DNA of 64,000 nucleotides from the NCBI GenBank assembly GCA_016187485.1, contig JACPJO010000003.1, forward strand, positions 25,587 to 89,586, in the 5' to 3' direction. Positions within the stretch are counted from its first letter, which is position 1; each line of letters starts with the position of its first letter. The translations under genes and the position numbers were made by a program. Shown here piece by piece: positions 1 through 8,557 of the stretch. Origin of the DNA: Candidatus Uhrbacteria bacterium. Its GTDB lineage: Bacteria; Patescibacteriota; Patescibacteriia; UBA9934; UBA10169. The notes under the pieces are model-generated. The model made no database searches, was not told the origin of the DNA, and worked only from the letters and a program-made list of their open reading frames with translations.

Positions 1-382
1 CCCACCAGCGTGTGTCCGGCCAAAGCGTCGGTCGCGATCTCGATCTCGAAATCGCACCACACAGTGTTCTCGCGCGTCCCTACGCCACGGTAGACGCCGA
101 CCGGAATCTCGACGAGGTTGCAGACCGTGTCGCAGGTCTGCACGTCGAAGGTCCGCGCCGTGTCGGTGGGCGTGAGCGTGACGTGGACGCCGGTGATGGG
201 TGCGGGGGCATCGATGTAAGCACTCCCGTACTCGACAGTGTCGTCGTCGCCGTTGCCGTCGTCGTCCGCGACCGGATCGTCGTCGCCCGTGGGCGACTCG
301 ACCGGCGTGCCGGGAGTGCATCCCACGAACATCATGAGGGCCAGAAGGGAAAGGAACTGCGCTGCGAAGATGCGGGTCATGA
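1..382 (-). CDS. putative lipoprotein, 5' part only (gene runs off window start)
   Basis: Minus-strand ATG at 380-382 preceded by AGGAGG. Translation starts MTRIFAAQFLSLLALMMFVGC (signal peptide with lipobox Cys) followed by an Asp/Gly-rich acidic region. Open to position 1; not in ORF track because it has no stop within the window. Confidence 0.5.
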
Positions 383-419
383 CCGCCTCCTCCGTTGCCC
401 ACCCAAGACATATGGGTGG

Positions 420-452
420 AACCTAATCTATAAGTACTATAAATAGGCATTT
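420..452 (-). promoter_or_regulatory. candidate sigma-70 promoter (TTGACA-N17-TACTTA) with palindrome AGGCATTTTTGTCAATGCCT overlapping the -35
   Basis: Read on the minus strand upstream of the lipoprotein start and its RBS. The perfect 20-nt palindrome is centred on the -35 hexamer. Confidence 0.3.
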
Positions 453-570
453 TTGTCAATGCCTATTTACTATCTTTTCGCCTAAACTTAGCGAATAAAC
501 ACTTCTCTGCCGAACACATTTTTTACTCTTTTTGTCATTTTTCCCTCACCTTAGCCACATTCCAGCTTAC

Positions 571-651
571 GAACTTCACACAAGTGCCGATCGGCACTTA
601 CGTGAGGTTTTTCTACTTATCCACATCCCGGTGCCAGGCACCGGCAATTTG
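571..651. repeat. bipartite palindromic module, copy 1: 38-nt imperfect palindrome (core AAGTGCCGATCGGCACTT), then GGTGCCAGGCACC and CAATTTG 20 nt downstream
   Basis: Seen directly in sequence. Same architecture and the same 20-nt spacing recur at 57781-57885. Lies in an AT-rich spacer. Confidence 0.6.
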
Positions 652-704
652 AAAGCGACCCGTGGGGGTCGCTGCGAAGAAGGAACAGGGGCAGAGCCGA
701 CGCG

Positions 705-1259
705 CTACGCGGCGGCTTCGCAGGTCTCGTCCCACCAGGTGGCGAGCGAGAAGGCCTCGTGTCGGCGCTGGATCTCCTCGGTCTCCGGATGTTCCACGCC
801 GTACTCGACGCAGAGCGCCGGGCTGTTGTTGTCTCCTCGCCCGATGTAGACGAGCGCGACACGCTCGCTCGTGATCGTGAAGCCCTCCTGGTTCCTGCCG
901 CCATCGCACGGGGCTCCCCAACCGAGCTTGACCTGCGAGATGGAAAGGCCGCGGCCCAGATCGAGCCACGCGTCGGGTTCGAGAAGGGAGAGCTGGTCGT
1001 TGGCGATCTCGTGGGCGCCAAGCGCGACCACGGCGCGCGTTCCGATGAGCCCGCGGATCTTGGGCTCGACCCAGGAGATGAAACGCATGACCTCGACGGC
1101 GTCGAGAACGTAGGTGGAGTCGGCCTTGTTGGGACCCTTGTTGGGACCCCAGCACAAGCCGATGCCATGGATGGGAAGTTCCGAGAAAGGAATGCGCGGC
1201 ACGGCAGTCTCCGGACAGGGTTGAGAAAACCACGCCAACCTTCCCAAATATAGGCCCAT
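705..1259 (-). CDS. hypothetical protein (184 aa)
   Basis: ORF with ordinary amino-acid composition. The overlapping ORFs 613-1371, 617-1270 and 759-1253 are R/P/S-rich high-GC artefacts. No family recognised. Confidence 0.45.
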   Translation of the reverse strand: MGLYLGRLAWFSQPCPETAVPRIPFSELPIHGIGLCWGPNKGPNKADSTYVLDAVEVMRFISWVEPKIRGLIGTRAVVALGAHEIANDQLSLLEPDAWLDLGRGLSISQVKLGWGAPCDGGRNQEGFTITSERVALVYIGRGDNNSPALCVEYGVEHPETEEIQRRHEAFSLATWWDETCEAAA

Positions 1260-1313
1260 TTGTCAACCACTTGACGGCTTTTTTGGAGTCTGGTAAAAGA
1301 AGGGCACTCGCGC

Positions 1314-1389
1314 GCGGGCGTAGCTCAATTGGTAGAGCAGCGGATTCCAAATCCGCATGTTGCGGGTTCAAGTCCTGTCGCCCGTGCCA
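1314..1389 (+). tRNA. tRNA-Trp (anticodon CCA), CCA encoded
   Basis: Cloverleaf folded by hand: acceptor GCGGGCG/CGCCCGU, D arm GCUC-AAUUGGU-AGAGC, anticodon stem GCGGA/UCCGC with loop UUCCAAA, T loop UUCAAGU, discriminator G plus CCA. Confidence 0.85.
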
Positions 1390-1577
1390 ATCTTCTCTTC
1401 TTTACCACCGGTCCTCCTGACCGGTTTTCCTTTTTTAAAAAGTTGACGGCCAGAGTATTTCTCCCTACTGTCTACCCTGCGAACCTTTACAGAACGGAGT
1501 CCCTCGTGTTTTCCTCCCTAAGGTACGGCGCCTACTCATTGCTGAGCGTATCCCTCTTCGCCTCTGCCTACCGTGTC

Positions 1578-2474
1578 ATGAACACCCAGGTGCATGGGCT
1601 CTCCACGCCGGTCGCGTTCCTGGTCTTCAGCGTCTTTGCTCTGGCGAGTTCCGTGGTGATCACGCGGTTGTTCCACGGAGACGTCTTCCGGCACCTCTTT
1701 GATGCCTGCAGGACGTGGCAGTCGTGGGTGGCCGCCCTGGCCTATGCCGTGGGTTTCTTCCTCGGTTTGCAGGTCTATCAAGGGCCTGCAGAGGCCATCA
1801 TCGTCTTCCTTGTTGCTGATCTGTTGACGGGACCGTGCAACATCGTGGGAGAGTTCTTCGTTCTTCAGAAGAAGCCACAGAAGCCGGTGCACTCCGCACT
1901 CGCGTTCCTCGTGATCCTCGGTTGTCTGTGGGTAGAGAAGTTCGGCGTGGGGCCTGTGAATCGCGCGTTCATGGTCGTGGATGCAGTACTCGTGTTTGCC
2001 TTTGCGAACGTCATCATGGGGACAGCGTCGGAAATCTCTCGCGCACACGGACGGCAGAAGGTCGGCCTTTCTAAAGATGGAGTGCTGGTTCACGGAAACA
2101 TCGTGGCCATTCTCTTCGCGCTTGCATGGATCGTGGCAGACGTTTACAACGTCTCGCTCCTCCCTCGTCTGCACGACGTCATGCCGCCGCGCCTTCCCAC
2201 GTCAGGGGAGTGGGTAGCGCTGGCCTACCTCGGGATTTTTCCAACAGCGATAGGTCTCTCCATCCAGCACACGGTGCAGGATAAAGCGGGGTTCTTCGTC
2301 TCCGAGGCGGTAGAGGGAGTGCGGCCACTCCTTGTCTACCTCTTTGGTTTCCTCCCACTGTCGTGGCTCGTGGCCAAAGACCAACAGTGGTCCGGCGAGA
2401 AGGCGGCGGCTCTCGTCCTTGCCTGTGTTGCCGCTGGAGCTATCGTCATTTTCGAGCGCCCGCCAGAGAAGTAG
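1578..2474 (+). CDS. EamA/DMT-family membrane transporter (about 10 TM)
   Basis: Highly hydrophobic 299-aa product with repeated TM segments. The track ORF 1329-2474 begins inside the tRNA-Trp gene, so the start was moved to the first ATG after the tRNA. A GTG at 1507 is possible. Confidence 0.55.
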   Translation: MNTQVHGLSTPVAFLVFSVFALASSVVITRLFHGDVFRHLFDACRTWQSWVAALAYAVGFFLGLQVYQGPAEAIIVFLVADLLTGPCNIVGEFFVLQKKPQKPVHSALAFLVILGCLWVEKFGVGPVNRAFMVVDAVLVFAFANVIMGTASEISRAHGRQKVGLSKDGVLVHGNIVAILFALAWIVADVYNVSLLPRLHDVMPPRLPTSGEWVALAYLGIFPTAIGLSIQHTVQDKAGFFVSEAVEGVRPLLVYLFGFLPLSWLVAKDQQWSGEKAAALVLACVAAGAIVIFERPPEK

Positions 2475-2493
2475 TTCTCGTCGCGGCGCTTCT

Positions 2494-2520
2494 GAGACCG
2501 GTCCCGGTCTCTTTCTTTTT
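2494..2520 (+). terminator. rho-independent terminator after the transporter gene
   Basis: GAGACCG-GUCC-CGGUCUC hairpin followed by a UUUCUUUUU run. Confidence 0.4.
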
Positions 2521-2580
2521 GCTTTTTGAAATACGAAAGACCTCCGGCGGGAGGTCTAGGGAAAAAGATCGTTGCGTCGT

Positions 2581-4458
2581 TTAGGGCGTGATGCCAAAGA
2601 CGCGGCAGTAGAACGCGAGCTCTTCTTCGAGAGCGCGCGTGATGTTCTTCGCGTCCACGAAGCCGTGGCCTTCTTCGGCGAAGGTGATGTACGTGCAGGG
2701 GACACCTCTGTGTTCGAGTGCCGCAACCATCTTCTCGGCCTGACTCGGCGGCACGGCTGTGTCCTCGAGTCCCTGGCAGATGAGCATGGGGCAGCGGAGG
2801 TGGTCCACGGCGTAGATGGGCGAACGCGTCCGCCACTCATCCTCGGGCACGAGGCCAAACAGATAGCGCGCCTCGAACTTGTGCGTGTCGTCGTTCAGCG
2901 TCGTGAGGTCGCAGATGCCGAAGTGCACGACGCCGGCCTTGAAGAAATCGGTCGTCGTGAGAGCGGCGAGCACCGTGAACCCGCTCGCGCTCTGGCCGCG
3001 AATGGCGACACGATCCTTGTCCACGCGTCCTTCGACGATGAGGTGCCGGGCGCCAGCGATGCAGTCATCCACATCGTAGATGCCCCACATGCCATTCAGG
3101 CGTTCGCGGTATTGCCGTCCGTGGTTCGAACTGCCGCGGTAGTCCACATCGAGGACGGCGAAACCGCGGCTCGTCCAGAACTGGATGATGGCGTTGAAGG
3201 AGAGGCTGGCCGCGCTTGTGGGACCTCCGTGCGAGGTCACGATGAGCGGCGGCTGCGTGCCTTCCGGCGCCTGATGTTCCGGATTCTTCGGCGGGTAGAA
3301 GAAGCCGAAAGCTCGATTGTCACCGGTCGTCTTGAACTCGATGGCCTCCGGGGTCGAGAGGTACGCCTCCGGAACAGGAGCCGTCTCTCCGATGGAGTGG
3401 AGAGGACCGCCCGGAGGGCCCACGTAGATGGTCTGGGGACGCGTCGGACTTCCCCCGAGAATGGCTACACGCGTGTTGCTCGTCCGCACCTCGGAGACTT
3501 CGGAGAGTGGCAAAGCTTTGGTGCTGTAGCGGGCGCGGGGCGTGATGGAATCTACCGCCCAGCCTTCACTCCGACGGCAGGCGGCGAAGATCACGCCGTT
3601 GCAGAACCCGTAGTGCGACAGGCCGAAGGCCCACGGGGGCCTGGTGTGCTCACCGCAGATGGGGTCGGCGGGGTTCTTGATGGTTCCGCGGCTCCAGGCG
3701 TAGATGTTCCACCACCCCGTGATGTCTGAGATGAAGTGGAGCATGCCTCCCGGCGACCACGAGGGTTCCAGAATGGACTCCGGGTGCAGCCCCTCACCAT
3801 CCACGATGATTCCGCTCTGACGAATGGTTCCGTCCGTCTGGAGCTTTCCCCGGCAGAGCTGGGTGGCGCCCCACGGCATATGGGGGTGATGCCACTGGAT
3901 CCATGCGATCTCCTTGCCGGAGGGCGAGAGCCGTGGCGCGGCATAGAAATCAGCGCCCGAAACGAGAGGGGTCACCGTGCCGTCTGCGAGGTTGATGGTC
4001 ACGATTTCGGTGGTCGCGTCCACGTTCTTTGTGGCGCCCACATGATTCTCGCGCACAGCGATGAGCCGGCGGCGCGGTCGATCCAGGGTGAGGTCGGCGT
4101 AGAGGTGGTCAGGCGCCTCTTGGGTGATGGGCACCGGAGTGTCGTCCCGCAGAGGGTTGTAGCTGTACACGCGCCCATCCTTCTTGTGGAGGAAAAAGAG
4201 CTCTCCCTCATCCACGGCCATAGCGCCGCCGCCGTAGTGTGCGGACGCGAACGCGCTCCAGGGGGCGGGGAGGACGTCTTCGGGCGTTCCGTCGGGGCCT
4301 TCCCGCACGATGACGTACCGGCCCTCCTCAACCGGCCGCTTCTCGATCCAGTACAGGCGGTCGCCGTCGAAGTGCATTTCGACCTTCGAGGCTGACGCCT
4401 TTGCCGCGAGGGCGGGCGTGAGGGGGCTTGACCAGAGGCCAAAGGGGGTAATGTGCAT
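2581..4458 (-). CDS. S9-family serine peptidase (prolyl oligopeptidase/acylaminoacyl-peptidase-like; beta-propeller plus alpha/beta hydrolase)
   Basis: 625 aa. C-terminal hydrolase domain with nucleophile elbow GQSASG and downstream Asp/His. N-terminal repeat region typical of S9 propellers. Confidence 0.85.
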   Translation of the reverse strand: MHITPFGLWSSPLTPALAAKASASKVEMHFDGDRLYWIEKRPVEEGRYVIVREGPDGTPEDVLPAPWSAFASAHYGGGAMAVDEGELFFLHKKDGRVYSYNPLRDDTPVPITQEAPDHLYADLTLDRPRRRLIAVRENHVGATKNVDATTEIVTINLADGTVTPLVSGADFYAAPRLSPSGKEIAWIQWHHPHMPWGATQLCRGKLQTDGTIRQSGIIVDGEGLHPESILEPSWSPGGMLHFISDITGWWNIYAWSRGTIKNPADPICGEHTRPPWAFGLSHYGFCNGVIFAACRRSEGWAVDSITPRARYSTKALPLSEVSEVRTSNTRVAILGGSPTRPQTIYVGPPGGPLHSIGETAPVPEAYLSTPEAIEFKTTGDNRAFGFFYPPKNPEHQAPEGTQPPLIVTSHGGPTSAASLSFNAIIQFWTSRGFAVLDVDYRGSSNHGRQYRERLNGMWGIYDVDDCIAGARHLIVEGRVDKDRVAIRGQSASGFTVLAALTTTDFFKAGVVHFGICDLTTLNDDTHKFEARYLFGLVPEDEWRTRSPIYAVDHLRCPMLICQGLEDTAVPPSQAEKMVAALEHRGVPCTYITFAEEGHGFVDAKNITRALEEELAFYCRVFGITP

Positions 4459-4558
4459 GGGGGATTCCTTTCGTCCGGCCCAATGACATCAAAGTGACGA
4501 TGGTTTGTAAAGTCGAAACCCCGCGGATGGGCGGGGTGTGAAGAAGGAACTTGTTGTC

Positions 4559-5989
4559 CTAGCTCATGGCTCTCTTGAGGTCCCACACGAACCGTTCAAG
4601 GTGAGGGATCGTGTGAGGCATGAGGCAGAGCTTGTAGACAGTGGCTGGGCACGCGTTGGGGTCGCGGCCGCTGCCATCGAGTCGCTCGATGTGGTCGCTG
4701 CGCAGGTGGTAGGGGGCCAACGGGCCGTCTCCCTGGCGCAGGTACTCGGGGATGGCGCCATCCTCGATGTTCACCTCAAGCGGCAGGAACGGCGTGGCCT
4801 TGTGGTACGGCCAGAACCGGATGCGTTCGTCGCCGTCGAAGCGATCCATGAGGAGTCCGCGCAGAAGGTCGCGCGCCCCGATGCACTTCTTCACGAACGC
4901 GCGCTGGCCCGACACGCCGAGACTGCGCATGAGGTACCACGCGAGCACGGGCGAGACGGCCGAACGCGACCCGGGAAGAGTGTCGTCCGCGTGTCCGTTC
5001 ACGTACGCGACGTCTTGGGTCACGAGTCCCTGAAGGCCCTTCCGGCAGAGGAAGATGCCGGCAGGGTAGGGCACGCCGCCCATCTTGTCGGCGTCCACCG
5101 CGATGGAGCGCACGGCGGGAAGGTCGAAGCCGAAGCGGATCTCGGGCGCCATGAAAGGGACCGTGAAGCCGCCGAAGGAGGCATCCACGTGCAGGTAGCA
5201 GTTGTCCCGTTCCCGGAGCAGGTGTGCGATCTCCTCGACAGGGTCCACGGCGCCGGTGAGGCAAACCCCCACGGTGGCGACGACGAGGAAGCGTCGGTAC
5301 CCGCCGCCCTCGAGAGACCGGATGGTCTCCATGAGGTGCTCGGGGTCCATCGCCCCGTCAGCGCGCAAGCGCACATGGAAGATCTGGCCGTGGCGCGGCT
5401 TGCTCTCGAAGCAGTGCTTCCGCCCACAGCGCGGGCATTTCTCCCAGTGCGCGCGGGCGATGTCGAGGAGCTGGGCGCCCTTGTAGACGGAGTAGTGCGC
5501 CGTCGGAGCCACGAGGATGGCGGTGCCAACCTCGAAGGGATCCGCGATCTTGCTCTGCAGGTACTCCCGTCCAATCCACATCCCCTGCAGGTTGGCTTCG
5601 GTGCCGCCGCCGCAGAAGAAACCGTCCACCGTGGCGGGCACTCCGCCCATCACACTGGCCACCATCCAGACAGCCTCGGCCTCCATACGCTGGATCTGCT
5701 CGAAGCCGCCTTCGCCCTCGGCGAACGACCAGCTATCGCCCTGCGCTTCTCCGTGCGTGTGCGTGCCGATCGCGTTCAAGTGCCGGACGAGCAGGGGGCC
5801 TGCGAGGTCCGCGAGCTCCCGCCGCAACGGGGTGCCCGGATAGCAGAAGGGGGGCGGGGTCGTCTCGTAGGGGGAGCCGATGGTCTGGACGAGTTCACGG
5901 ACTGTCTCGAGATTTGCTGGCTTCTCGGGCCAGCGCCAGGCAGGTTCTCCTGTCATGGTCAATTCTCCACGGTAGCGAACTACCGCCAT
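4559..5989 (-). CDS. PLP-dependent group II decarboxylase (aromatic-amino-acid/glutamate/MfnA-like family) with a CPRCGRKHC zinc-knuckle-like insert
   Basis: 476 aa. Fold-type I decarboxylase-like layout with VDADKMGG (PLP lysine region) and Gly-rich loops. The family call rests on motif-level similarity only. Confidence 0.7.
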   Translation of the reverse strand: MAVVRYRGELTMTGEPAWRWPEKPANLETVRELVQTIGSPYETTPPPFCYPGTPLRRELADLAGPLLVRHLNAIGTHTHGEAQGDSWSFAEGEGGFEQIQRMEAEAVWMVASVMGGVPATVDGFFCGGGTEANLQGMWIGREYLQSKIADPFEVGTAILVAPTAHYSVYKGAQLLDIARAHWEKCPRCGRKHCFESKPRHGQIFHVRLRADGAMDPEHLMETIRSLEGGGYRRFLVVATVGVCLTGAVDPVEEIAHLLRERDNCYLHVDASFGGFTVPFMAPEIRFGFDLPAVRSIAVDADKMGGVPYPAGIFLCRKGLQGLVTQDVAYVNGHADDTLPGSRSAVSPVLAWYLMRSLGVSGQRAFVKKCIGARDLLRGLLMDRFDGDERIRFWPYHKATPFLPLEVNIEDGAIPEYLRQGDGPLAPYHLRSDHIERLDGSGRDPNACPATVYKLCLMPHTIPHLERFVWDLKRAMS

Positions 5990-6135
5990 TACTCTACACT
6001 TGCCGGCTCCCTTGTCAACGGCGACTGATCAACACTAAGTGTGGATCAGTTTGTAGGGGAGAAATGCGATTTTCTAAAAGCTAGCAATTCGAAACCAGGC
6101 CTTGGGGCCTGGTGAGAGAGAAAGGATCGACTGAA

Positions 6136-7065
6136 CTAGTGGTCCCACGCGCCTTCCGGCTTGGGGGATTTCACGTCCTTCATGATTGCCCAGAGTTCCG
6201 GGTAGAGGCGTGCCGTGCGCAGGATCGCGTCGAGGTACGGGACCCCGTCTGATCCAGCGGTGCCCGCGGTGTTCGGACCCAGAAAGTGGATGGCGAGTTT
6301 GAGGTGCACCTGACGGAAGTCGAGGTACGTTTTCTCGAAGCGCCAGATTGCCTGGGCAAGCCGACGCAAGGGGTGACCCTTGTGCGCGTCGCTCATGAGG
6401 TCTCCGAGTGCGATCTCTGCCCGGACGAGCGCTTCCTTGAAGCGACACACGACCGACGGGGTACGGGCGCGCTCCTCCATCTTGAGCGTCCACCAGCGGG
6501 ACGAACGCCCGTGCATTCCTGCGGGGACGTTCATTGTTCCCCGGAACGTGAAGGTGCGACCGTGAATGGTCATGTAGGGCGAGTCCGACCGCATGCCGGC
6601 CAGGAGTTCCACCTCACGCGCCTGTGCGGATTCCGCACCGCTTGCCGGGACGACCTCGTCTCGGAACCCGACCCCTTTTTTCATGAACAGATCTTTGTCC
6701 ATGCGGAAGAGGAGGCGGGTGGAGTCGATGGCTGACTTCATCCAGGAGATGGCCCAGCGCATGTGCGGCAGGGCGCCATCGGAGTCGTCCTTCTCGATCG
6801 CGTCGCGCGTCATCTCGAGTTCACGGATGACGCGCAGAAGCGCGAGTTCGCATGCCTGGTGCACCACGATGAAGTTTGCCTCCTCGTGGTTGATCGCTGC
6901 ACGCGTGTGGGCACTGCCCACGTTCGGCTCGCCCGCTGCGGGAAGGATCACACGCAGGCCGATGTAGGTGCAGTAGTGTGGCTTGGCCGGATCGGCGACT
7001 TCATGCCCGCAGGCCAGAACGACCGTGCCGGGAGTGGATGACTCTCGCCAGTGGGACTCGTCCAT
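6136..7065 (-). CDS. tryptophan 2,3-dioxygenase-like heme-dependent aromatic oxygenase
   Basis: NHEEANFIVVHQACELAL matches the H-E-x-x-F-I-x-QHQ-x-SEL distal-His motif of TDO. C-terminal WRF...FRQVH...LGPNTAGTAGSDGVPYL matches the WRFRH...IGxxxGTGGSSG proximal region. The start codon overlaps the trpS stop (ATGA). Confidence 0.65.
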   Translation of the reverse strand: MDESHWRESSTPGTVVLACGHEVADPAKPHYCTYIGLRVILPAAGEPNVGSAHTRAAINHEEANFIVVHQACELALLRVIRELEMTRDAIEKDDSDGALPHMRWAISWMKSAIDSTRLLFRMDKDLFMKKGVGFRDEVVPASGAESAQAREVELLAGMRSDSPYMTIHGRTFTFRGTMNVPAGMHGRSSRWWTLKMEERARTPSVVCRFKEALVRAEIALGDLMSDAHKGHPLRRLAQAIWRFEKTYLDFRQVHLKLAIHFLGPNTAGTAGSDGVPYLDAILRTARLYPELWAIMKDVKSPKPEGAWDH

Positions 7066-8108
7066 CAGACACCCCGTACGCCCATGAGGTGCTTTGCGCG
7101 CGCCACCGTGGGAGCGATGTGCTCGCGCGCCCGCCGCCCGCCGTCATGCAGGATGGCCTCGATATAGTCGTCGCCCTGGGCCTTGATGGCCCGGTAGCGC
7201 TCCTGCAGGGGGGCGAGGAGGTTGACGATCCGATCGCCGAGGTCCGTCTTGCACGCTCCGCACTCGATGTCTCCGCTCTTGCAGGCGTTGCGGAGTTGCA
7301 GCTCGCGCGTGACATCGCCCGGCAGGAGCGTGTGGAGCTGGAAGACGCGGCAGATCTCGGGCTCTCCCGGACTGGCGCCGACGCGCGGCTCCACCGGGTC
7401 GGGCAGAGACGGGGTCGGCGGCAGCTTCTTGTCGGCGCGCCGGCACCGCTTCATGATCACGTCGGGCGTCTCGTCCAGACTGATGGTGCTCTCGGGATGG
7501 CTCTTTCCCATCTTGCCCGTACCCTTGAGGCCCGGGACGCGCACGCCGGGGCCATCCATCAGGTCGGGGACGGGGAAGAGTTCCTCGCCCACCATCTTGT
7601 TGAACCGGCGCGCAAGCGTGCGCGCCAGCTCCACGTGCGGGTGCTGGTCCTCGCCCACGGGCACGAGGTGCGCCGAGGGGGCCAGGATGTCGGCCGCCAT
7701 CAGGACGGGGTAGGTGTAGATGCCGGCGTTGGGCGGATTGCCGCCCGCGGCCATCTCGTCGCGCTTCTCCTTGAAGTGGGGAAGCCGGTCGAGCTCGCCC
7801 ATGCCCACCAGGCACATGAGCAGCCACGTGAGCTCCGTGATCTCGGGGACCGAGCTCTGCGCGTAGATGACGTGCCGCGCGGGGTCGATCCCGGCGGCCA
7901 AGTACCAGCGGACGATCTCGCGCATGTCTGCCTCGATCGCCTCGGACTCCTCGCGCGTCGTGAGCGTGTGGAGGTTGGCGATGAAGAAGAAGCACCGATA
8001 GTCGGGCTTCTCTGCGAGTTCCGCGAAGAAGCGGATGGCGCCCAGGTAGTTGCCGATGTGCAAGCGCCCGGTGGCGCGGATCCCGGAGAGGACGATTTGT
8101 GCGGACAT
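7065..8108 (-). CDS. trpS: tryptophanyl-tRNA synthetase
   Basis: Class I aaRS signatures HIGN (HIGH) and KMGKS (KMSKS). 347 aa, with a CKSGDIECGACK insertion. Confidence 0.9.
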   Translation of the reverse strand: MSAQIVLSGIRATGRLHIGNYLGAIRFFAELAEKPDYRCFFFIANLHTLTTREESEAIEADMREIVRWYLAAGIDPARHVIYAQSSVPEITELTWLLMCLVGMGELDRLPHFKEKRDEMAAGGNPPNAGIYTYPVLMAADILAPSAHLVPVGEDQHPHVELARTLARRFNKMVGEELFPVPDLMDGPGVRVPGLKGTGKMGKSHPESTISLDETPDVIMKRCRRADKKLPPTPSLPDPVEPRVGASPGEPEICRVFQLHTLLPGDVTRELQLRNACKSGDIECGACKTDLGDRIVNLLAPLQERYRAIKAQGDDYIEAILHDGGRRAREHIAPTVARAKHLMGVRGV

Positions 8109-8284
8109 GAGGTTTCCAGAGTACGCCCGGGGAGGAAGTTCCGCGGGGTGCCTTTACCCTAGAGCCAAGCGAAATACCTGTCAACTAAGCGAACCTCGCT
8201 GTCGTTATTTGACGTGCGTTACTCGCCTATAGTATGTTGTCTGCAGTCCTTTTCCTTATTTCAAAGCCATTGAACCGAGAAGTA

Positions 8285-8545
8285 GTAGCGTACAAGCTCC
8301 CTGGGTAGCGAGCGGGGGAGAGTGCAAGCCCCGTCATAGCGGTACGTGAAATTGGGCTCGGTGAGGCGGGTGTTGCATTGGTGACATCCCGGAAGCTCCC
8401 GTAACCATGAGCGAACGCATATCTACGGAGTGCGTAAAAGCGCCAGGCGTATTGTTTGGCAGAGAGGTGGTACCGCGGGAAGAATCCCCGTCCTCTCAAG
8501 TCACCTATGGTGGCTTGCAAGGACGGGGCTTTTTGTACCCGCACT
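8285..8545 (+). promoter_or_regulatory. T-box riboswitch leader (probably Trp-specific) with intrinsic terminator
   Basis: Conserved T-box sequence AGAGGUGGUACCGCGGG at 8463-8480. It is immediately followed by a terminator (CCCCGUCCUC...GAGGACGGGG plus UUUUU, 8487-8535) that overlaps the antiterminator. An upstream stem I candidate carries GUGAAAUUGGGC, with possible specifier UGG. Sits between trpS and the TrpD-like gene. Confidence 0.55.
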
Positions 8546-8557
8546 GGAGGAACGACG

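Noticed and set aside
629-660. Sigma-54 (-24/-12) promoter resemblance of GGTGCCTGGCACC-CAATTTGC (TGGCAC ... TTGC)
   Set aside because: Spacing between the GG and GC elements is one nucleotide shorter than the strict TGGCAC-N5-TTGC consensus in copy 2, and copy 1 lacks a TTGC at any compatible distance. Treated instead as a palindromic operator-like site.
613-1371. Long ORFs 613-1371, 617-1270, 662-874, 759-1253 overlapping the 705-1259 gene
   Set aside because: Arg/Pro/Ser/Gly/Ala-rich low-complexity translations typical of off-frame or antisense reading of high-GC DNA. Only one frame has protein-like composition.
2336-5574. Numerous antisense/off-frame ORFs across the S9 peptidase and PLP decarboxylase genes (e.g. 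2572-3729, 3736-4395, 4538-6028, 4776-5264, 5020-5574)
   Set aside because: They lie opposite well-supported enzyme genes and have R/A/G/P-rich composition. They are high-GC artefacts.
6978-8184. ORFs 6978-8162 (plus) and 7144-8184 (minus) overlapping trpS
   Set aside because: Extreme Arg/Gly/Pro content. trpS in the alternative frame has canonical HIGH and KMSKS motifs.
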